NCBI GenBank assembly: GCA_963851445.1
Contig: CAWKPH010000001.1
Span: forward strand, 617,363-681,362
From: an uncultured bacterium
Lineage (GTDB): Bacteria; Patescibacteriota; Minisyncoccia; Phycocordibacterales; Phycocordibacteraceae
Direction of reading: 5' to 3'
DNA length: 64,000 nt
Part shown: piece by piece, positions 48,357 to 58,497 of the stretch
How positions within the stretch are numbered: position 1 is the stretch's first letter
How the letters are laid out: every line of letters begins with the position of its first letter
Notes under the pieces: generated by a model
Told to the model about the DNA's origin: nothing
What the model saw: only the letters and a program-made list of their open reading frames with translations
The model's database searches: none
Program-made: the position numbers and the translations under genes

Positions 48357-48428
48357 GGCCCTATCGTCTATCGGTTAGGACACATCCTTCTCAAGGATGG
48401 AAGCGGGGTTCGACTCCCCGTAGGGTCA
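48357..48428 (+). tRNA. tRNA-Glu (anticodon CUC)
   Basis: GGCCCTA acceptor, D-arm GTCT…GGAC, anticodon stem CATCC/GGATG with loop TTCTCAA, T-arm CGGGG-TTCGACT-CCCCG, 3' acceptor TAGGGTC plus discriminator A. CCA is not encoded. Confidence 0.8.
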
Positions 48429-48466
48429 CAAAGTGATTAGGATCGCCAGTTTCCCTGGTGACATAT

Positions 48467-48507
48467 AAGATAGCGCCGCCTCTACTCACCAGAGACGGCG
48501 CTATCTT
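48467..48507. terminator. hairpin (12-bp stem aagatagcgccg…cggcgctatctt) between tRNA-Glu and convergent FN3 gene
   Basis: Stem-loop seen directly. The flanking T-run is weak. Confidence 0.3.
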
Positions 48508-48552
48508 ATTCCTTATAATTCAGATGGAATAAGTTATTTCGTTCCTTTCTAG

Positions 48553-49668
48553 TTAGTTGTTTCCTTTTCCATTCTTAAATCCTTGAAAGAATTTCTGGAA
48601 GAAATTTTGGAAACCATTTGGTGTGTTTTCCTTGTTATTCCATGCACCGTTTCCATTTCCATATCCGGAAGTATGGTTTTGAGAACGCGGATTCACGATG
48701 CTGTAATTCCTCACAATTTGTCCCTGGATCACCATCGGCGAACTTGCCGAGATTGTCCCCTCCACACCAATCTGATCACCAACTTGAATCTGACTCGAGT
48801 TGAATGATGCTGCATTACCTCCGCGAAGCAGGAATTTGAAGGCTCCCGAAGTCGTCGAGGGACTGTAGTTCACTGTGTAGGTGATACCCCACACGGTACC
48901 CGTAAAGGTATTCGTACCGACACTCGTCACCGTTAGACCATGAATCAGGATGCTGCCGTTCGCACCGATCTGAATCGTTGGGGCTATCGTATATGAGCTT
49001 GGTGTTGTTACGGTCGTTCCTGAGGCAAGTGTCGTTGCACTTACGCTCGTTGATTGACCAGAGTTATTTCCTGCGCCATCAAAGGCTGCTACGGTATAGG
49101 TGTACCCGGTCGAAGCAGCAAGACCTGTATCTGAGTAAGAGGTCGCTGCAGTGGTTCCGACTTCGGTGCCGTTTCGATAGATATCATATCCTGTGACCCC
49201 GGCGCTATCTGTTGACGCAGCCCACGAGAGATTTATCTGAGACGCAGAAACTGCTGTTGCTACGAGCTCGGTCGGAATTGTAGGTGATGCTGTGTTTGCA
49301 AGTGTCGTTGCTGAAACACTCGTAGATTGCGTGGAGAGATTGCCCGCTGCATCGAACGCGTCTACCGTATACGAGTAGGTGGTATCCGCGGCGAGTCCGC
49401 TGTCGGAATATGAAGTTGCCGAAGTTGTTCCAACTTCAGTCCCATTTCGATAGATATCGTAGCCTGTAACGCCGACGTTATCCGTTGAGGCGGTCCATGT
49501 GAGATTTACTTGTGAAGTGGAGACGGACGTAGCTACAAGCCCAATTGGTGTTGTTGGAGGTGTCGTATCTGCGCTTGCAAATGCAAGAGATGCAGATGCC
49601 ATAGCTAGGCCTATGCCAAGAACACTGCTGGCAAGGAGTATTTTTTTTGAGAGTTTAGCTGAATTCAT
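48553..49668 (-). CDS. secreted protein with two tandem fibronectin type III-like repeats
   Basis: Signal peptide (…LAMASASLAFASA). Two ~95-aa repeats (PIGLVATSVSTSQVNLTWTASTDNVGVTGYDIYRNGTEVGTT…) at roughly 75% identity, then a Thr-rich beta domain and a Gly/Asn tail. Confidence 0.65.
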   Translation of the reverse strand: MNSAKLSKKILLASSVLGIGLAMASASLAFASADTTPPTTPIGLVATSVSTSQVNLTWTASTDNVGVTGYDIYRNGTEVGTTSATSYSDSGLAADTTYSYTVDAFDAAGNLSTQSTSVSATTLANTASPTIPTELVATAVSASQINLSWAASTDSAGVTGYDIYRNGTEVGTTAATSYSDTGLAASTGYTYTVAAFDGAGNNSGQSTSVSATTLASGTTVTTPSSYTIAPTIQIGANGSILIHGLTVTSVGTNTFTGTVWGITYTVNYSPSTTSGAFKFLLRGGNAASFNSSQIQVGDQIGVEGTISASSPMVIQGQIVRNYSIVNPRSQNHTSGYGNGNGAWNNKENTPNGFQNFFQKFFQGFKNGKGNN

Positions 49669-49848
49669 AAATTTATAGTTTGTTTAATGAGTACTGATAA
49701 TTATGTCGTAAAGACCTACTATAATCTTTAGGTTCGGTCCTACAGCAGAAGACGGTGGCGTACTCGTTTTCTTACAAACTTTTATAAAATAATTCTGATA
49801 ACAAACCCTACTTTAGCGACGTCTCAGACGCCTGCTATACTACCCCAT

Positions 49849-51465
49849 ATGCTAAAACGTGAGGAAGAGAACCTCCTTGACTTCATACACACCGAGCACA
49901 AGAAAGGCTACACCAAGAAGGAGATACGAGAAGCACTTATAGCTAATGACTTCTCTCCTAAGGACATAGACCCTTCTCTCAACAAGGTATTTAAAAGAAA
50001 GAGAAGACACCATACACAAAAACTCCTCGTACCCCTCACACTCCTTCTCTTTGTCCTCATAGCAGGCTGGTGGCTCTACACCCACCATGCGTCATCCAGT
50101 GACACACAGAATACTCTGGGATCTACACTTGCTACCCCTGAGGGGAACAACCCATCCTCTAGTCCTGCCTCATTCACCCAGTCTTCAGAAGGCATTACAC
50201 TACCGCCCGACACCACCAACGGTATTCATCTTGGGCAAGCCTTTGACTCTCGTATTGGTGGCCCTACTGATCCAACGCATACCCTCGCTGATGAGATTGG
50301 CCTCATCGACTTTGTATGGGGAGCCTCTGGGCCTGCGCCGAAAGGGGTGTACACGACGTTTTATGATCCCTTACAAGAAAATCCAGATCCAACTTCTGGT
50401 CTAGTTTCTGTAAATGATACACACACCCTCTCCTGGTTCAAAGCTAATCATCCCGACTGGATTGAATACACCTGCGCCGCATCCTCCTACCCAAACCAAG
50501 CAAGTGTCCCTGACTCTGATATTGCGTGGGAGTTTGGCGAGGCTAAAGATGGGGGGCAGTGGACACCTATTGATATCAGCAATCCAGCAGTCTTGCCGTA
50601 TCTTGTAAATACGTATTTTGAGCCTGCTATTAAGGATGGATTTGAAGGCATTGCTGTTGATAACGTAAATCTAAGCAACGAATGGAAACGATGCGGACAC
50701 TTTGCATCGAATAATGGAGGCTGGGTTCAACAATATAGTGGGGCACCTTACGATCCTGAATATATTAGCAACATAGTTTCTTATATAGAAGCCCTCTACC
50801 CTGCCATACATGCTATAGGCGGAAGCGTGACCATGAATTTTTCTTACGATTTTGAATTGCCAATTCAGTATGATCAGGATCTTAAAATAATTGCAAAAAA
50901 TCTTGATATAGCTATGCCAGAAGGAGATGTGATTTCTATTGGAAAGGGTACAGGAGACTCAAGTGTTGCTGATTGGCTTACCATCATGAATTTTGAGCAA
51001 TACGAGCAATCTATTGGAAAGGGGCTTTTCCTTCTTGACTACTATGTTTATTCCAGTCGCCTCAGTTATACAAATACTAACCCGCGCGATACTCTTCAGT
51101 GGGCGCTTTCCAATTATCTTCTCATTAAGGGTAACCATACCTATTTCTCATTGGTTGATGAGTATACGGCACCCAATAGTCCCCCAAGTGTTATTGAAAC
51201 CAACAATCCGCGCTCTACTCTCGCTTGGCTACACCCTGAGTATTTCACCTCCATCGGATCACCAATCGACACCATGTATAAATCTCAAGGTGTTTATATG
51301 CGGGATTACTCCAATGGCTTAGCAATTGTGAATCCTGATCCAGATAATTCATATACCATTACTGTTCCGGCTAACACGTATGAAGATTTATATGGAAATA
51401 TTGTAGGTCCAAATATCGTTATATCTCGGCAATCGGGAATAGTATTGCTTGATAATAAAACTTGA
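49849..51465 (+). CDS. membrane-anchored extracytoplasmic protein, possibly glycoside-hydrolase-like (TIM-barrel) domain
   Basis: Cytoplasmic N-terminal ~60 aa, one TM helix (LLVPLTLLLFVLIAGWWLY), and a large external domain with a GIAVDNVNL-type motif. The functional call is weak. Confidence 0.45.
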   Translation: MLKREEENLLDFIHTEHKKGYTKKEIREALIANDFSPKDIDPSLNKVFKRKRRHHTQKLLVPLTLLLFVLIAGWWLYTHHASSSDTQNTLGSTLATPEGNNPSSSPASFTQSSEGITLPPDTTNGIHLGQAFDSRIGGPTDPTHTLADEIGLIDFVWGASGPAPKGVYTTFYDPLQENPDPTSGLVSVNDTHTLSWFKANHPDWIEYTCAASSYPNQASVPDSDIAWEFGEAKDGGQWTPIDISNPAVLPYLVNTYFEPAIKDGFEGIAVDNVNLSNEWKRCGHFASNNGGWVQQYSGAPYDPEYISNIVSYIEALYPAIHAIGGSVTMNFSYDFELPIQYDQDLKIIAKNLDIAMPEGDVISIGKGTGDSSVADWLTIMNFEQYEQSIGKGLFLLDYYVYSSRLSYTNTNPRDTLQWALSNYLLIKGNHTYFSLVDEYTAPNSPPSVIETNNPRSTLAWLHPEYFTSIGSPIDTMYKSQGVYMRDYSNGLAIVNPDPDNSYTITVPANTYEDLYGNIVGPNIVISRQSGIVLLDNKT

Positions 51466-51486
51466 GTATCGACCTTGTTATACAAA

Positions 51487-51521
51487 ATAAAAAAGCAGCA
51501 AGCGGTGGCCGGCTGCTTCAC
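51487..51521 (-). terminator. rho-independent terminator for minus-strand gene 51539..51847
   Basis: On the minus strand, the hairpin aagcagc…gctgctt is followed by TTTTTTATTTT. Confidence 0.5.
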
Positions 51522-51538
51522 AATGGGAATTAGTTCAT

Positions 51539-51847
51539 TTACCAGGTCGCGATGAGGCCAAACTCACTCTCTAGGACTCTTTTGAGTTTAAGGGTTTGGG
51601 ACAACATGCCTCCGGTTGTACATACGAGCGTCTTTTCCGAAGTGAAAAGGATTTTTCCGTCACCAACGCGCTCGGCCTGATATTTACCTACATAGGTGGC
51701 ATTGAATTTCATCAGCATGTCGTCACTGATCTGATCACCATACCCTCCGAGAGGAAGGGCTTGGAGCTGGAGCTCATATCCGCGACGTAACTCCTCGAAA
51801 GATACGGGTGGCCGCACTATCATTGCGGTAAAGGTACTGTCATTCAT
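51539..51847 (-). CDS. hypothetical protein
   Basis: 102-aa ORF followed by a terminator. No motif recognised. Confidence 0.35.
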   Translation of the reverse strand: MNDSTFTAMIVRPPVSFEELRRGYELQLQALPLGGYGDQISDDMLMKFNATYVGKYQAERVGDGKILFTSEKTLVCTTGGMLSQTLKLKRVLESEFGLIATW

Positions 51848-52000
51848 GTCGGTGCATTTCCTGAGAAAGGTTATGTCCTTCCTTCAAAGGCGCCCAAATT
51901 ACCGACTGTGACACTGTAGCAGATATTTTGCTTAAGCAAAACAATTTTCTATTTCATGGGGACTAAGCTCGGATATAAAAAAGACGATCGATTAGATCGT

Positions 52001-52480
52001 CTAGCCTTCAAGAACCAAGATTGTAGCAGGGCGTGGTCTGCGTGGCCGCTGCTTTACTCTGGGTGGGACTGGGTGATCTTTACGCTGCAATCTCATAAAT
52101 TCCCGCCGGTCCCTATAAAACTGCATGATCGATTGGCGATATGCCTTTGCTCTACCGCTACCCAAGTTCAGCGCCGTGCAGAGGAAATTGACACGCTCCT
52201 CGACAATCTGGTGAAGATCTTCCTCGATGTTTTTCTCCCGTAGCTCATCCCGCTTTAGTTCAACTTCACGTAAGAGCATTAGAACGGAATCAATCGCAAT
52301 GACATTTAGAGCGTTCTTAGCCTCGATCAACACAATTCCCTTACCGTTGGGACTTGCGGCAGCGGATCGGATTGCTCGGTCTACATTCGCACGACTAATC
52401 GGGTAAGGGGGCGTCAAGTTCACCGGCACTCCTCCGCATCTGAAAGATTTCAAAGGCTCGCTGGTCTTCTCTATGTTCAC
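52001..52480 (-). CDS. hypothetical protein, weak ZapA-like pattern
   Basis: The segment VNLTPPYPIS…DRAIRSAA…LNVIAIDSVLMLLREVELKRDELREK loosely fits the ZapA profile. It overlaps the upstream ORF in another frame. Confidence 0.25.
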   Translation of the reverse strand: MNIEKTSEPLKSFRCGGVPVNLTPPYPISRANVDRAIRSAAASPNGKGIVLIEAKNALNVIAIDSVLMLLREVELKRDELREKNIEEDLHQIVEERVNFLCTALNLGSGRAKAYRQSIMQFYRDRREFMRLQRKDHPVPPRVKQRPRRPRPATILVLEG

Positions 52481-52643
52481 TCATGATTGCGTCTTCCACA
52501 GCAATCTGAGCAGCACGCTCTTTCAATTCTTCCTGGCGTCGGTGGCGCGCACGTGCTCCAACTTTACCGAGAGTCGATAATTTATCGACATCATTTTTGT
52601 CTATTGCTCGTTGCACTTGTTTAGGTTTTTCAAAAGGTGAGGG
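52395..52643 (-). CDS. small hypothetical protein (basic/acidic)
   Basis: 83 aa from MPSPFEK. Overlaps the 5' end of the 52001..52480 ORF by about 85 nt, so a frameshift or two overlapping genes are both possible. Confidence 0.25.
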   Translation of the reverse strand, partial: PSPFEKPKQVQRAIDKNDVDKLSTLGKVGARARHRRQEELKERAAQIAVEDAIMSEHREDQRAFEIFQMRRSAGELDAPLPD

Positions 52644-52745
52644 CATAGTAGTACAAATCTCCAAGCTCCGTAGATATTTAACCGATATCCACACAATTTG
52701 TCAAACTGCTCTGTTCCTTGAAAATGGGTTAAATACAAAAACAGT

Positions 52746-53222
52746 CTAAGCACTTACCAGTGAATTTACAATTTCCTTCACAAGTTCTCCATCTGCCTGA
52801 CCCTTTAAATCACGCATTAGCGCACCAATAAACTTTCCGACATCTTCTTTTTTTAAAATGCCCAGCTCTTCAATTTTTGCTCGAGCAAGTCTCTCGATCT
52901 CTTCGCGATTCATTTGCGCGGGCAGATATGACTCAAGGATCACAAGTTCAGCGTTTTCAGGCACAGCGAGTTCAGGACGACCCCCTTTCTCGAATTGTTC
53001 TATAGAATCCTTACGCTGATTAGCAGCTCGCTTTATAACTGCTAACGCTTCCTCATCGCTAAGAAGTTGATCGGGTTTACGCTTCTTGGCAACGACTTCG
53101 TTGGTCATTGCGGTTGAAAGGGAGCGAAGTGTTCGAAGACGCGTCTCGTCACGTGCCTTTAGGGCCTCAGGAATACCGCCCTTAATGGATTCATGAATGG
53201 TCATATGCCTATAGTTTATCAC
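52746..53222 (-). CDS. yqeY: GatB/YqeY domain protein
   Basis: …LKARDETRLRTLRSL…EALAVIKRAANQRKDSIEQFEKGGRPELAV…EIERL…, a typical YqeY pattern. Confidence 0.7.
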   Translation of the reverse strand: MINYRHMTIHESIKGGIPEALKARDETRLRTLRSLSTAMTNEVVAKKRKPDQLLSDEEALAVIKRAANQRKDSIEQFEKGGRPELAVPENAELVILESYLPAQMNREEIERLARAKIEELGILKKEDVGKFIGALMRDLKGQADGELVKEIVNSLVSA

Positions 53223-53238
53223 GCGTTATAATCAGCTT

Positions 53239-54351
53239 ATGCAAGTCACCTTTATCATACTCATACTCCTAACGCTCTTTGTTCTGCAGGGTCTCGCGCT
53301 TTGGTGGATATTCCGCAAGCTCCAAATGCCAGGGAGCCCTCTTTCAGGAGATACGATACAGGAGAATACGGCTTCGGTACTGCTGCTTCAGCGTCTTGAT
53401 GGACTTGAGAGAGCGCTTGATTCGCGAATGTCGGAATCATCACGACAGGTACATGAGACGATGAAAACGCAGAATGAATCAACACGATCGCAAGCAAACG
53501 AAACCGCGCGTCTTATTCGCGAGATCACTCAGGAGATCACTTCCGTAAAGGAGATAGGGCGACAGACACAGAGTTTCGCGGAGCAGCTTCAGTCGCTCCA
53601 GGATGTGCTGAAGAATCCTAAACAACGAGGTATTCTCGGCGAATACTATCTTGAGACCGTGTTAAAGAACGTTCTTCCGCCCGGCATGTACAGGATGCAG
53701 TATCCATTCAAAAACGGTGAGATTGTCGATGCGGCAGTATTCATCAACGACAAAATCGTACCAATTGATTCTAAATTTTCTCTTGATAACTATAATCGTT
53801 ATGCGTCATCACGTGACGATGCCGAACGCGCTCTCCACGAGAAGGCTTTCGTGAATGATCTTAAACTTCGTATTTCAGAAACCGCGAAATATATTCGCCC
53901 TGAAGAAGGCACCATGGATTTTGCGTTCATGTTCATTCCTTCCGAAGGAATCTATTACGAACTACTGGTGAATACCATTGGGAGCGGAGGTCTCGATGGG
54001 GAAGACGAAAATCTTATACAGCGTGCTGCATCAAAATACAAGGTCATCATTGTTTCGCCGACCTCGTTCCTTGCATATTTGCAGACCGTTATGCAAGGGC
54101 TTAAGGCAATGGAAATTGAACAAAAGGCTGAAATTATTCAAAAACGCGTGGGTGAACTTGGTAAGCATTTGGGTGCGTACGAGGATTACTATCGGAGGCT
54201 CGGCTCATCGCTCGGCACGACCGTTTCCCACTACAACAGCGCATACAAAGAGTTAGGCAAGATTGATAAGGATGTATATCGTATTGCTGAAATGCATACG
54301 GGAATCGAACCCGTGTTGGTTGAAAAACCAGCCACCCTTGAGCTCGAATAG
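53239..54351 (+). CDS. rmuC: DNA recombination protein RmuC
   Basis: N-terminal TM and coiled coil, then the C-terminal RmuC nuclease-like core (…FAFMFIPSEGIYYEL…VIIVSPTSFLAYLQ…). Confidence 0.75.
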   Translation: MQVTFIILILLTLFVLQGLALWWIFRKLQMPGSPLSGDTIQENTASVLLLQRLDGLERALDSRMSESSRQVHETMKTQNESTRSQANETARLIREITQEITSVKEIGRQTQSFAEQLQSLQDVLKNPKQRGILGEYYLETVLKNVLPPGMYRMQYPFKNGEIVDAAVFINDKIVPIDSKFSLDNYNRYASSRDDAERALHEKAFVNDLKLRISETAKYIRPEEGTMDFAFMFIPSEGIYYELLVNTIGSGGLDGEDENLIQRAASKYKVIIVSPTSFLAYLQTVMQGLKAMEIEQKAEIIQKRVGELGKHLGAYEDYYRRLGSSLGTTVSHYNSAYKELGKIDKDVYRIAEMHTGIEPVLVEKPATLELE

Positions 54352-54396
54352 GGCCCAATTTGCTTTTTAGACAGAAAAAGCTAGAATATACCCAAC

Positions 54397-54729
54397 ATGA
54401 CCTACGCAGTGATCAAAACAGGCGGCAAACAATATGTGGTCGCCCCTGGAGCAACTCTCACCATCGAAAAGCTCGGACGGGGTATAAATACCCAGGACCT
54501 TAAGAAAGGGGACTCGGTTACTTTTTCCGAGATTCTTATGACCGATAATGGATCCGCAGCTACCATTGGTACTCCAACTGTTTCTGGCGCTTCCGTCAAG
54601 GCAACCGTACAATCTGTTGGTCGTGCGAAAAAGGTGGAAGTAGTTAAATATAAAGCCAAAAGCCGCTATCTCAAGCGCAATGGCCATCGCCAACCATTTG
54701 TGCAAGTTAGGATTGACACCATCTCCTAA
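54397..54729 (+). CDS. rplU: 50S ribosomal protein L21
   Basis: MTYAVIKTGGKQYVVAPG…KVEVVKYKAKSRYLKRNGHRQPFVQVRI. Confidence 0.9.
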   Translation: MTYAVIKTGGKQYVVAPGATLTIEKLGRGINTQDLKKGDSVTFSEILMTDNGSAATIGTPTVSGASVKATVQSVGRAKKVEVVKYKAKSRYLKRNGHRQPFVQVRIDTIS

Positions 54730-54749
54730 TCCTAAAAAAATAGAATTAG

Positions 54750-54777
54750 AAAAAGCCCTCAAATGGGCTTTTTCTTT
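54750..54777. terminator. bidirectional rho-independent terminator between rplU (+) and recR (-)
   Basis: The hairpin aaaaagccc tcaaat gggcttttt is flanked by A and T runs on both sides. Confidence 0.6.
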
Positions 54778-55379
54778 TAGGTTTCTTTGCGATTCTGAAG
54801 TGCCCCTGAGAGAGTTGGCGCGTCTGCGTATTCCAATTCGGAACCGGTTGCGAGGCCTCGGCCAAGTGTCGAAAGCTTTACATGGTCTCGTAGCGGTGTG
54901 AGTACGTCGCGCACTCGATCAGCGGTGTGCTCACCTTCGCTGGTCGCTGAAAGAGCGAGCACTATTTCAGTGAGTCCCTGTGACAGCCACCTGTCGACTG
55001 CGGCTACTAACTCCTGTTCACGAATATGTCCCTTGCCCGAAAGAGTAAGAACACCTCCGAGAACGAAATATCTGCCGCGATACGCATTTGCTCGCTCAAC
55101 TGCGAGAAGGTCCTGATCTTTCTCAAGTACCATGAGAATGCTGCTGTCGCGCGACGAGTCGCTGCAATAATTGCAAATTGTCCCTGAGCCATCGAAGAAC
55201 CTGAAACAGCTCGTACATTGTTGCACTTCAGCAGCGATATTCGATATAAGTTCTGCCAAACGGTTGCGTTCAGCTTGTGGCGCCGAAAGAAGATGATAGA
55301 CAAAACGGCGCGCCTGACGTGGACCGATACCCGGGAATCTCGAGAACGCACCTGATAGATCCTCAACGCGATCACTCAT
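54777..55379 (-). CDS. recR: recombination protein RecR
   Basis: …LSGAFSRFPGIGPRQARRFVYHLL (HhH), C4 zinc finger (CTSCF…CNYC) and a Toprim region. Start taken at MSDRVED; the longer ORF overlapping dnaB is rejected. Confidence 0.8.
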   Translation of the reverse strand: MSDRVEDLSGAFSRFPGIGPRQARRFVYHLLSAPQAERNRLAELISNIAAEVQQCTSCFRFFDGSGTICNYCSDSSRDSSILMVLEKDQDLLAVERANAYRGRYFVLGGVLTLSGKGHIREQELVAAVDRWLSQGLTEIVLALSATSEGEHTADRVRDVLTPLRDHVKLSTLGRGLATGSELEYADAPTLSGALQNRKET

Positions 55380-55380
55380 A

Positions 55381-56742
55381 CTAAAATTCGCCTCCAAGGT
55401 CGCCGTAACCGGTCTTATCGACTGATTGGAAGGTTGTTCGTTTTTCGTCAAAAATAAGTTCAACTCTCCCGGTCGGTCCATTGCGGTGTTTTTCGATAAG
55501 AATTTCGGCAACATTCTGACGATCACTATCTGGATTATTTTTTTCCTCGCGGTGAATAAACATAACGACATCAGCATCCTGCTCAATCGATCCCGAATCT
55601 CGCAGGTCAGAAAGTCGCGGTTTACCACCACGCTGCTCGACCGCACGAGAAAGCTGTGAGAGTGCAAGTACAGGTACCTCAAGTTCGCGCGCCAGCGATT
55701 TGAGCGAGCGCGATATCTCAGTTACCTGCTGCACCATTGAATCAGAAGCTTTGCTACTCGTTGGTGCCATGAGCTGAAGGTAATCGACAATTATAAGACC
55801 AATACCTTGCTCGCGCTTAAGACGTCTTGCAACGGCACGCATCGCAAGGATGTCATTTCCTGGCTTATCGTCGATAAAGATTGGAGCTTTTGAAAGACTC
55901 TCGAGTGCATCTCTGATACGTCCGAAGTCCTCTTCGTCGTGAATAGCGCCTGTACGAAGTTTCCATGAGTTTACGTATGATTCAGCTGCGAGCATACGGT
56001 CAATAATTTGTTCTGTACTCATTTCGAGTGAGAATATGCCAACCGGCACGTTGTTGCGTACGGCTGCATTTCGAGCGATATCAAGCGCAAGGGATGTCTT
56101 ACCAACGGATGGTCGTGCTGCGAGAATAATCAGATCAGATGGATGGAGCCCGGAAAGGAGGTTATCGAGCTCTGCAAACCCAGTCGGCGTCCCACGTATT
56201 GCGCCATGGTTTTTTGACATTGACTCAATACGTTCCCATGCGTCGTCAAGTTTGTCCGCAATAGCAACAAATTTATGTGCTGAAGAGGCATTTCCGATTG
56301 CATAAATTGTTTTTTCAGCCTGATCGAGCACTTCGGCCGTCTCACGACCTTCGTCATACGCCGCTTCAGTTATTTCATAGGATGCTTCAATCAGGGAACG
56401 CATCATGTGCTTGCGTTGTACAAGCTCGGCATAGTAGTTGAAATTACCCGGCGTGGGGGCACTGCTCGCAAGCTCAACCACGTATGCGCGACCACCGACA
56501 CGCTCCAGATGCCCCTTATCGCCGAGCCGCTGACACACAGAGAGCATATCAATTGGTTCGCCTCGCTCGGTAAGTTCTCGCATGCATTCATAAATAAGTC
56601 GATGCTTTTCAGCATAAAAAGATTCAGCGCGCACAAGATCTGAAATGTCGTGAATGGCATCAGGTTTGAGGAGAAGGGCACCAAGAAGTCCACGTTCAGA
56701 TTCAAGGCTCTGAGGCGGTATGCGAAGGCTAGAATCGCTCAT
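55381..56742 (-). CDS. dnaB: replicative DNA helicase DnaB
   Basis: N-terminal domain (…ESERGLLGALLL…), Walker A ARPSVGKTSLAL, and the C-terminal RecA-fold. Confidence 0.85.
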   Translation of the reverse strand: MSDSSLRIPPQSLESERGLLGALLLKPDAIHDISDLVRAESFYAEKHRLIYECMRELTERGEPIDMLSVCQRLGDKGHLERVGGRAYVVELASSAPTPGNFNYYAELVQRKHMMRSLIEASYEITEAAYDEGRETAEVLDQAEKTIYAIGNASSAHKFVAIADKLDDAWERIESMSKNHGAIRGTPTGFAELDNLLSGLHPSDLIILAARPSVGKTSLALDIARNAAVRNNVPVGIFSLEMSTEQIIDRMLAAESYVNSWKLRTGAIHDEEDFGRIRDALESLSKAPIFIDDKPGNDILAMRAVARRLKREQGIGLIIVDYLQLMAPTSSKASDSMVQQVTEISRSLKSLARELEVPVLALSQLSRAVEQRGGKPRLSDLRDSGSIEQDADVVMFIHREEKNNPDSDRQNVAEILIEKHRNGPTGRVELIFDEKRTTFQSVDKTGYGDLGGEF

Positions 56743-56754
56743 CGCCTCATTCTA

Positions 56755-58287
56755 TCATTTTGGCAGTATGGTGAGCAGAGGTCCGGAAGGCCCGTCTTCC
56801 ACAAGATATCCCCTGTTGCGTAATTTCTCTCGAAGGGTATCTGCTTTTTCAAAATCATGTGCAAGGCGTGCTTTTTCCCGATCTCTGGTGAGCTGCTCAA
56901 TATCATCAGGAAGTTCATTAACTGTTCGCCTGCGTGCCGATTCGGGAGGATCAAGAAGCGAGAGCCCGAGTATTGGATCTGCTGCCTCAATAATGCCTCG
57001 TTGTTGCCTACGGGGTATATCATCGTCACGTAGGCACTCCCAAAGGTACGCAAGTGCTTGGGGCGTGCCAAGATCATCATGGAGGAGGGTGAGAATCTTC
57101 CTTTGCATATCACTGGGTACACTTTCACCTTTCGAGTCGAGCTCGATTGTCAAACAGAGTCTCCAAAGTCGCCCGAGTGCCTCATTACTTCCCATGAGTG
57201 CATCCCATGAAAAGGAAAGTGGGGAACGATAATGCGCCTGGAGAAAGAAATACCGGAGCGCTAGTGGATGTATGCCTCGAGAAGCAAGATCAGAAACATA
57301 AAAATCATTCTTAAGTGACTTTGATATTTTCTCGCCTTCGATGTTTAAGAATGCGCCATGCATCCAGTAGTGCACGAAGGGTTCCCCAAAAAGACTTTCA
57401 GATTGGGCTATCTCGTTATTGTGATGAATAGGAATTAGATCTATGCCGCCTGTATGAATATCAATTTTTTTACCTAGAAGTGCGCGTATCATCGCTGAGC
57501 ATTCGATGTGCCAGCCTGGGAATCCGAGCCCCCATGGACTCGACCATTCTTGTTGACGCTGTCCGGTGAGGGGTGAGAATTTCCAGAGAGCAAAATCCGC
57601 AGGATGCCGTTTCTCTTTGTTCTCGGCGATACGTCGTCCAGCATCAACAATGGCGCGTTCCTTAGATGATGCGGCATCGTGTGTCTTAAGCTCTGCTTCA
57701 TGTATGCCCCCCAATTTGCCATACCCGTGGAATTTGCTTGTATCGAAATAGACGCCGTCATGGATGCGGTACGTAAAGCCTTTTTTCTCAAGTTCTTTCA
57801 CCATAGCAATTTGCTCTTGGATATACTCTGTTGCTCGTGGGAAAAGAATCTCTTTAGTTGAAAGATTTAATTGACCAATGTCCTCTATAAATTGTTTGGC
57901 ATACATGCTTGCAATGGTTTCGGCCTTTTGACCTTCTTCCTTAGCAATCTTTTCTATTTTGTCCTCGCCCTCATCGCCGTCACCAATCAAATGTCCGACA
58001 TCGGTAATATTGATAACTTGGCGTACATGAAGTCCCGAGGCGCGTAGCGTTCGTGCGATAAGGTCCGCAAATACGTAGGCGCGCATGTTTCCTACATGTG
58101 CACGGCTGTAGACGGTTGGGCCGCATGAATACATCGTTACAAATCCGGGCTTGATGGGAATAAAGCTTTCCTTTTTCCCTGAGAGCGTATTCGTAAAAAA
58201 AATAGGTTGACCACTGGACGCGGGAATACTTCTTGCTTTTTGGGCTGGAGATGTTTTCTTGGTAAAGAAAGGCCACATACTTGCCAT
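56755..58287 (-). CDS. cysS: cysteine--tRNA ligase
   Basis: …MYSCGPTVYSRAHVGN (HIGH-type) and KISKSLKN (KMSKS). The start is uncertain; Met at 58287 or 58314. Confidence 0.85.
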   Translation of the reverse strand: MASMWPFFTKKTSPAQKARSIPASSGQPIFFTNTLSGKKESFIPIKPGFVTMYSCGPTVYSRAHVGNMRAYVFADLIARTLRASGLHVRQVINITDVGHLIGDGDEGEDKIEKIAKEEGQKAETIASMYAKQFIEDIGQLNLSTKEILFPRATEYIQEQIAMVKELEKKGFTYRIHDGVYFDTSKFHGYGKLGGIHEAELKTHDAASSKERAIVDAGRRIAENKEKRHPADFALWKFSPLTGQRQQEWSSPWGLGFPGWHIECSAMIRALLGKKIDIHTGGIDLIPIHHNNEIAQSESLFGEPFVHYWMHGAFLNIEGEKISKSLKNDFYVSDLASRGIHPLALRYFFLQAHYRSPLSFSWDALMGSNEALGRLWRLCLTIELDSKGESVPSDMQRKILTLLHDDLGTPQALAYLWECLRDDDIPRRQQRGIIEAADPILGLSLLDPPESARRRTVNELPDDIEQLTRDREKARLAHDFEKADTLREKLRNRGYLVEDGPSGPLLTILPK

Positions 58288-58497
58288 CTTAGCTTTCAAT
58301 GGTGGGGAGTACAAGCGTTGATGCCAATCTTATTTCTGCGGATTGTATGAAACTAGAGAGCCTCTAGAATCTAGGGATCTCAGACCTGCCAATATGAAGA
58401 CGTCTATGGCAACTAGGCCATTTTTGTGTTTAAATCCCTTTGGAATCCTTACAGAGCCACGTGCTCATTAGCGAAACAATAATCGGGGAGGGAATAG

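Noticed and set aside
55380-55682. 101-aa N-terminal extension of the recR ORF
   Set aside because: It overlaps the dnaB 3' end. RecR homology begins at MSDRVEDL.
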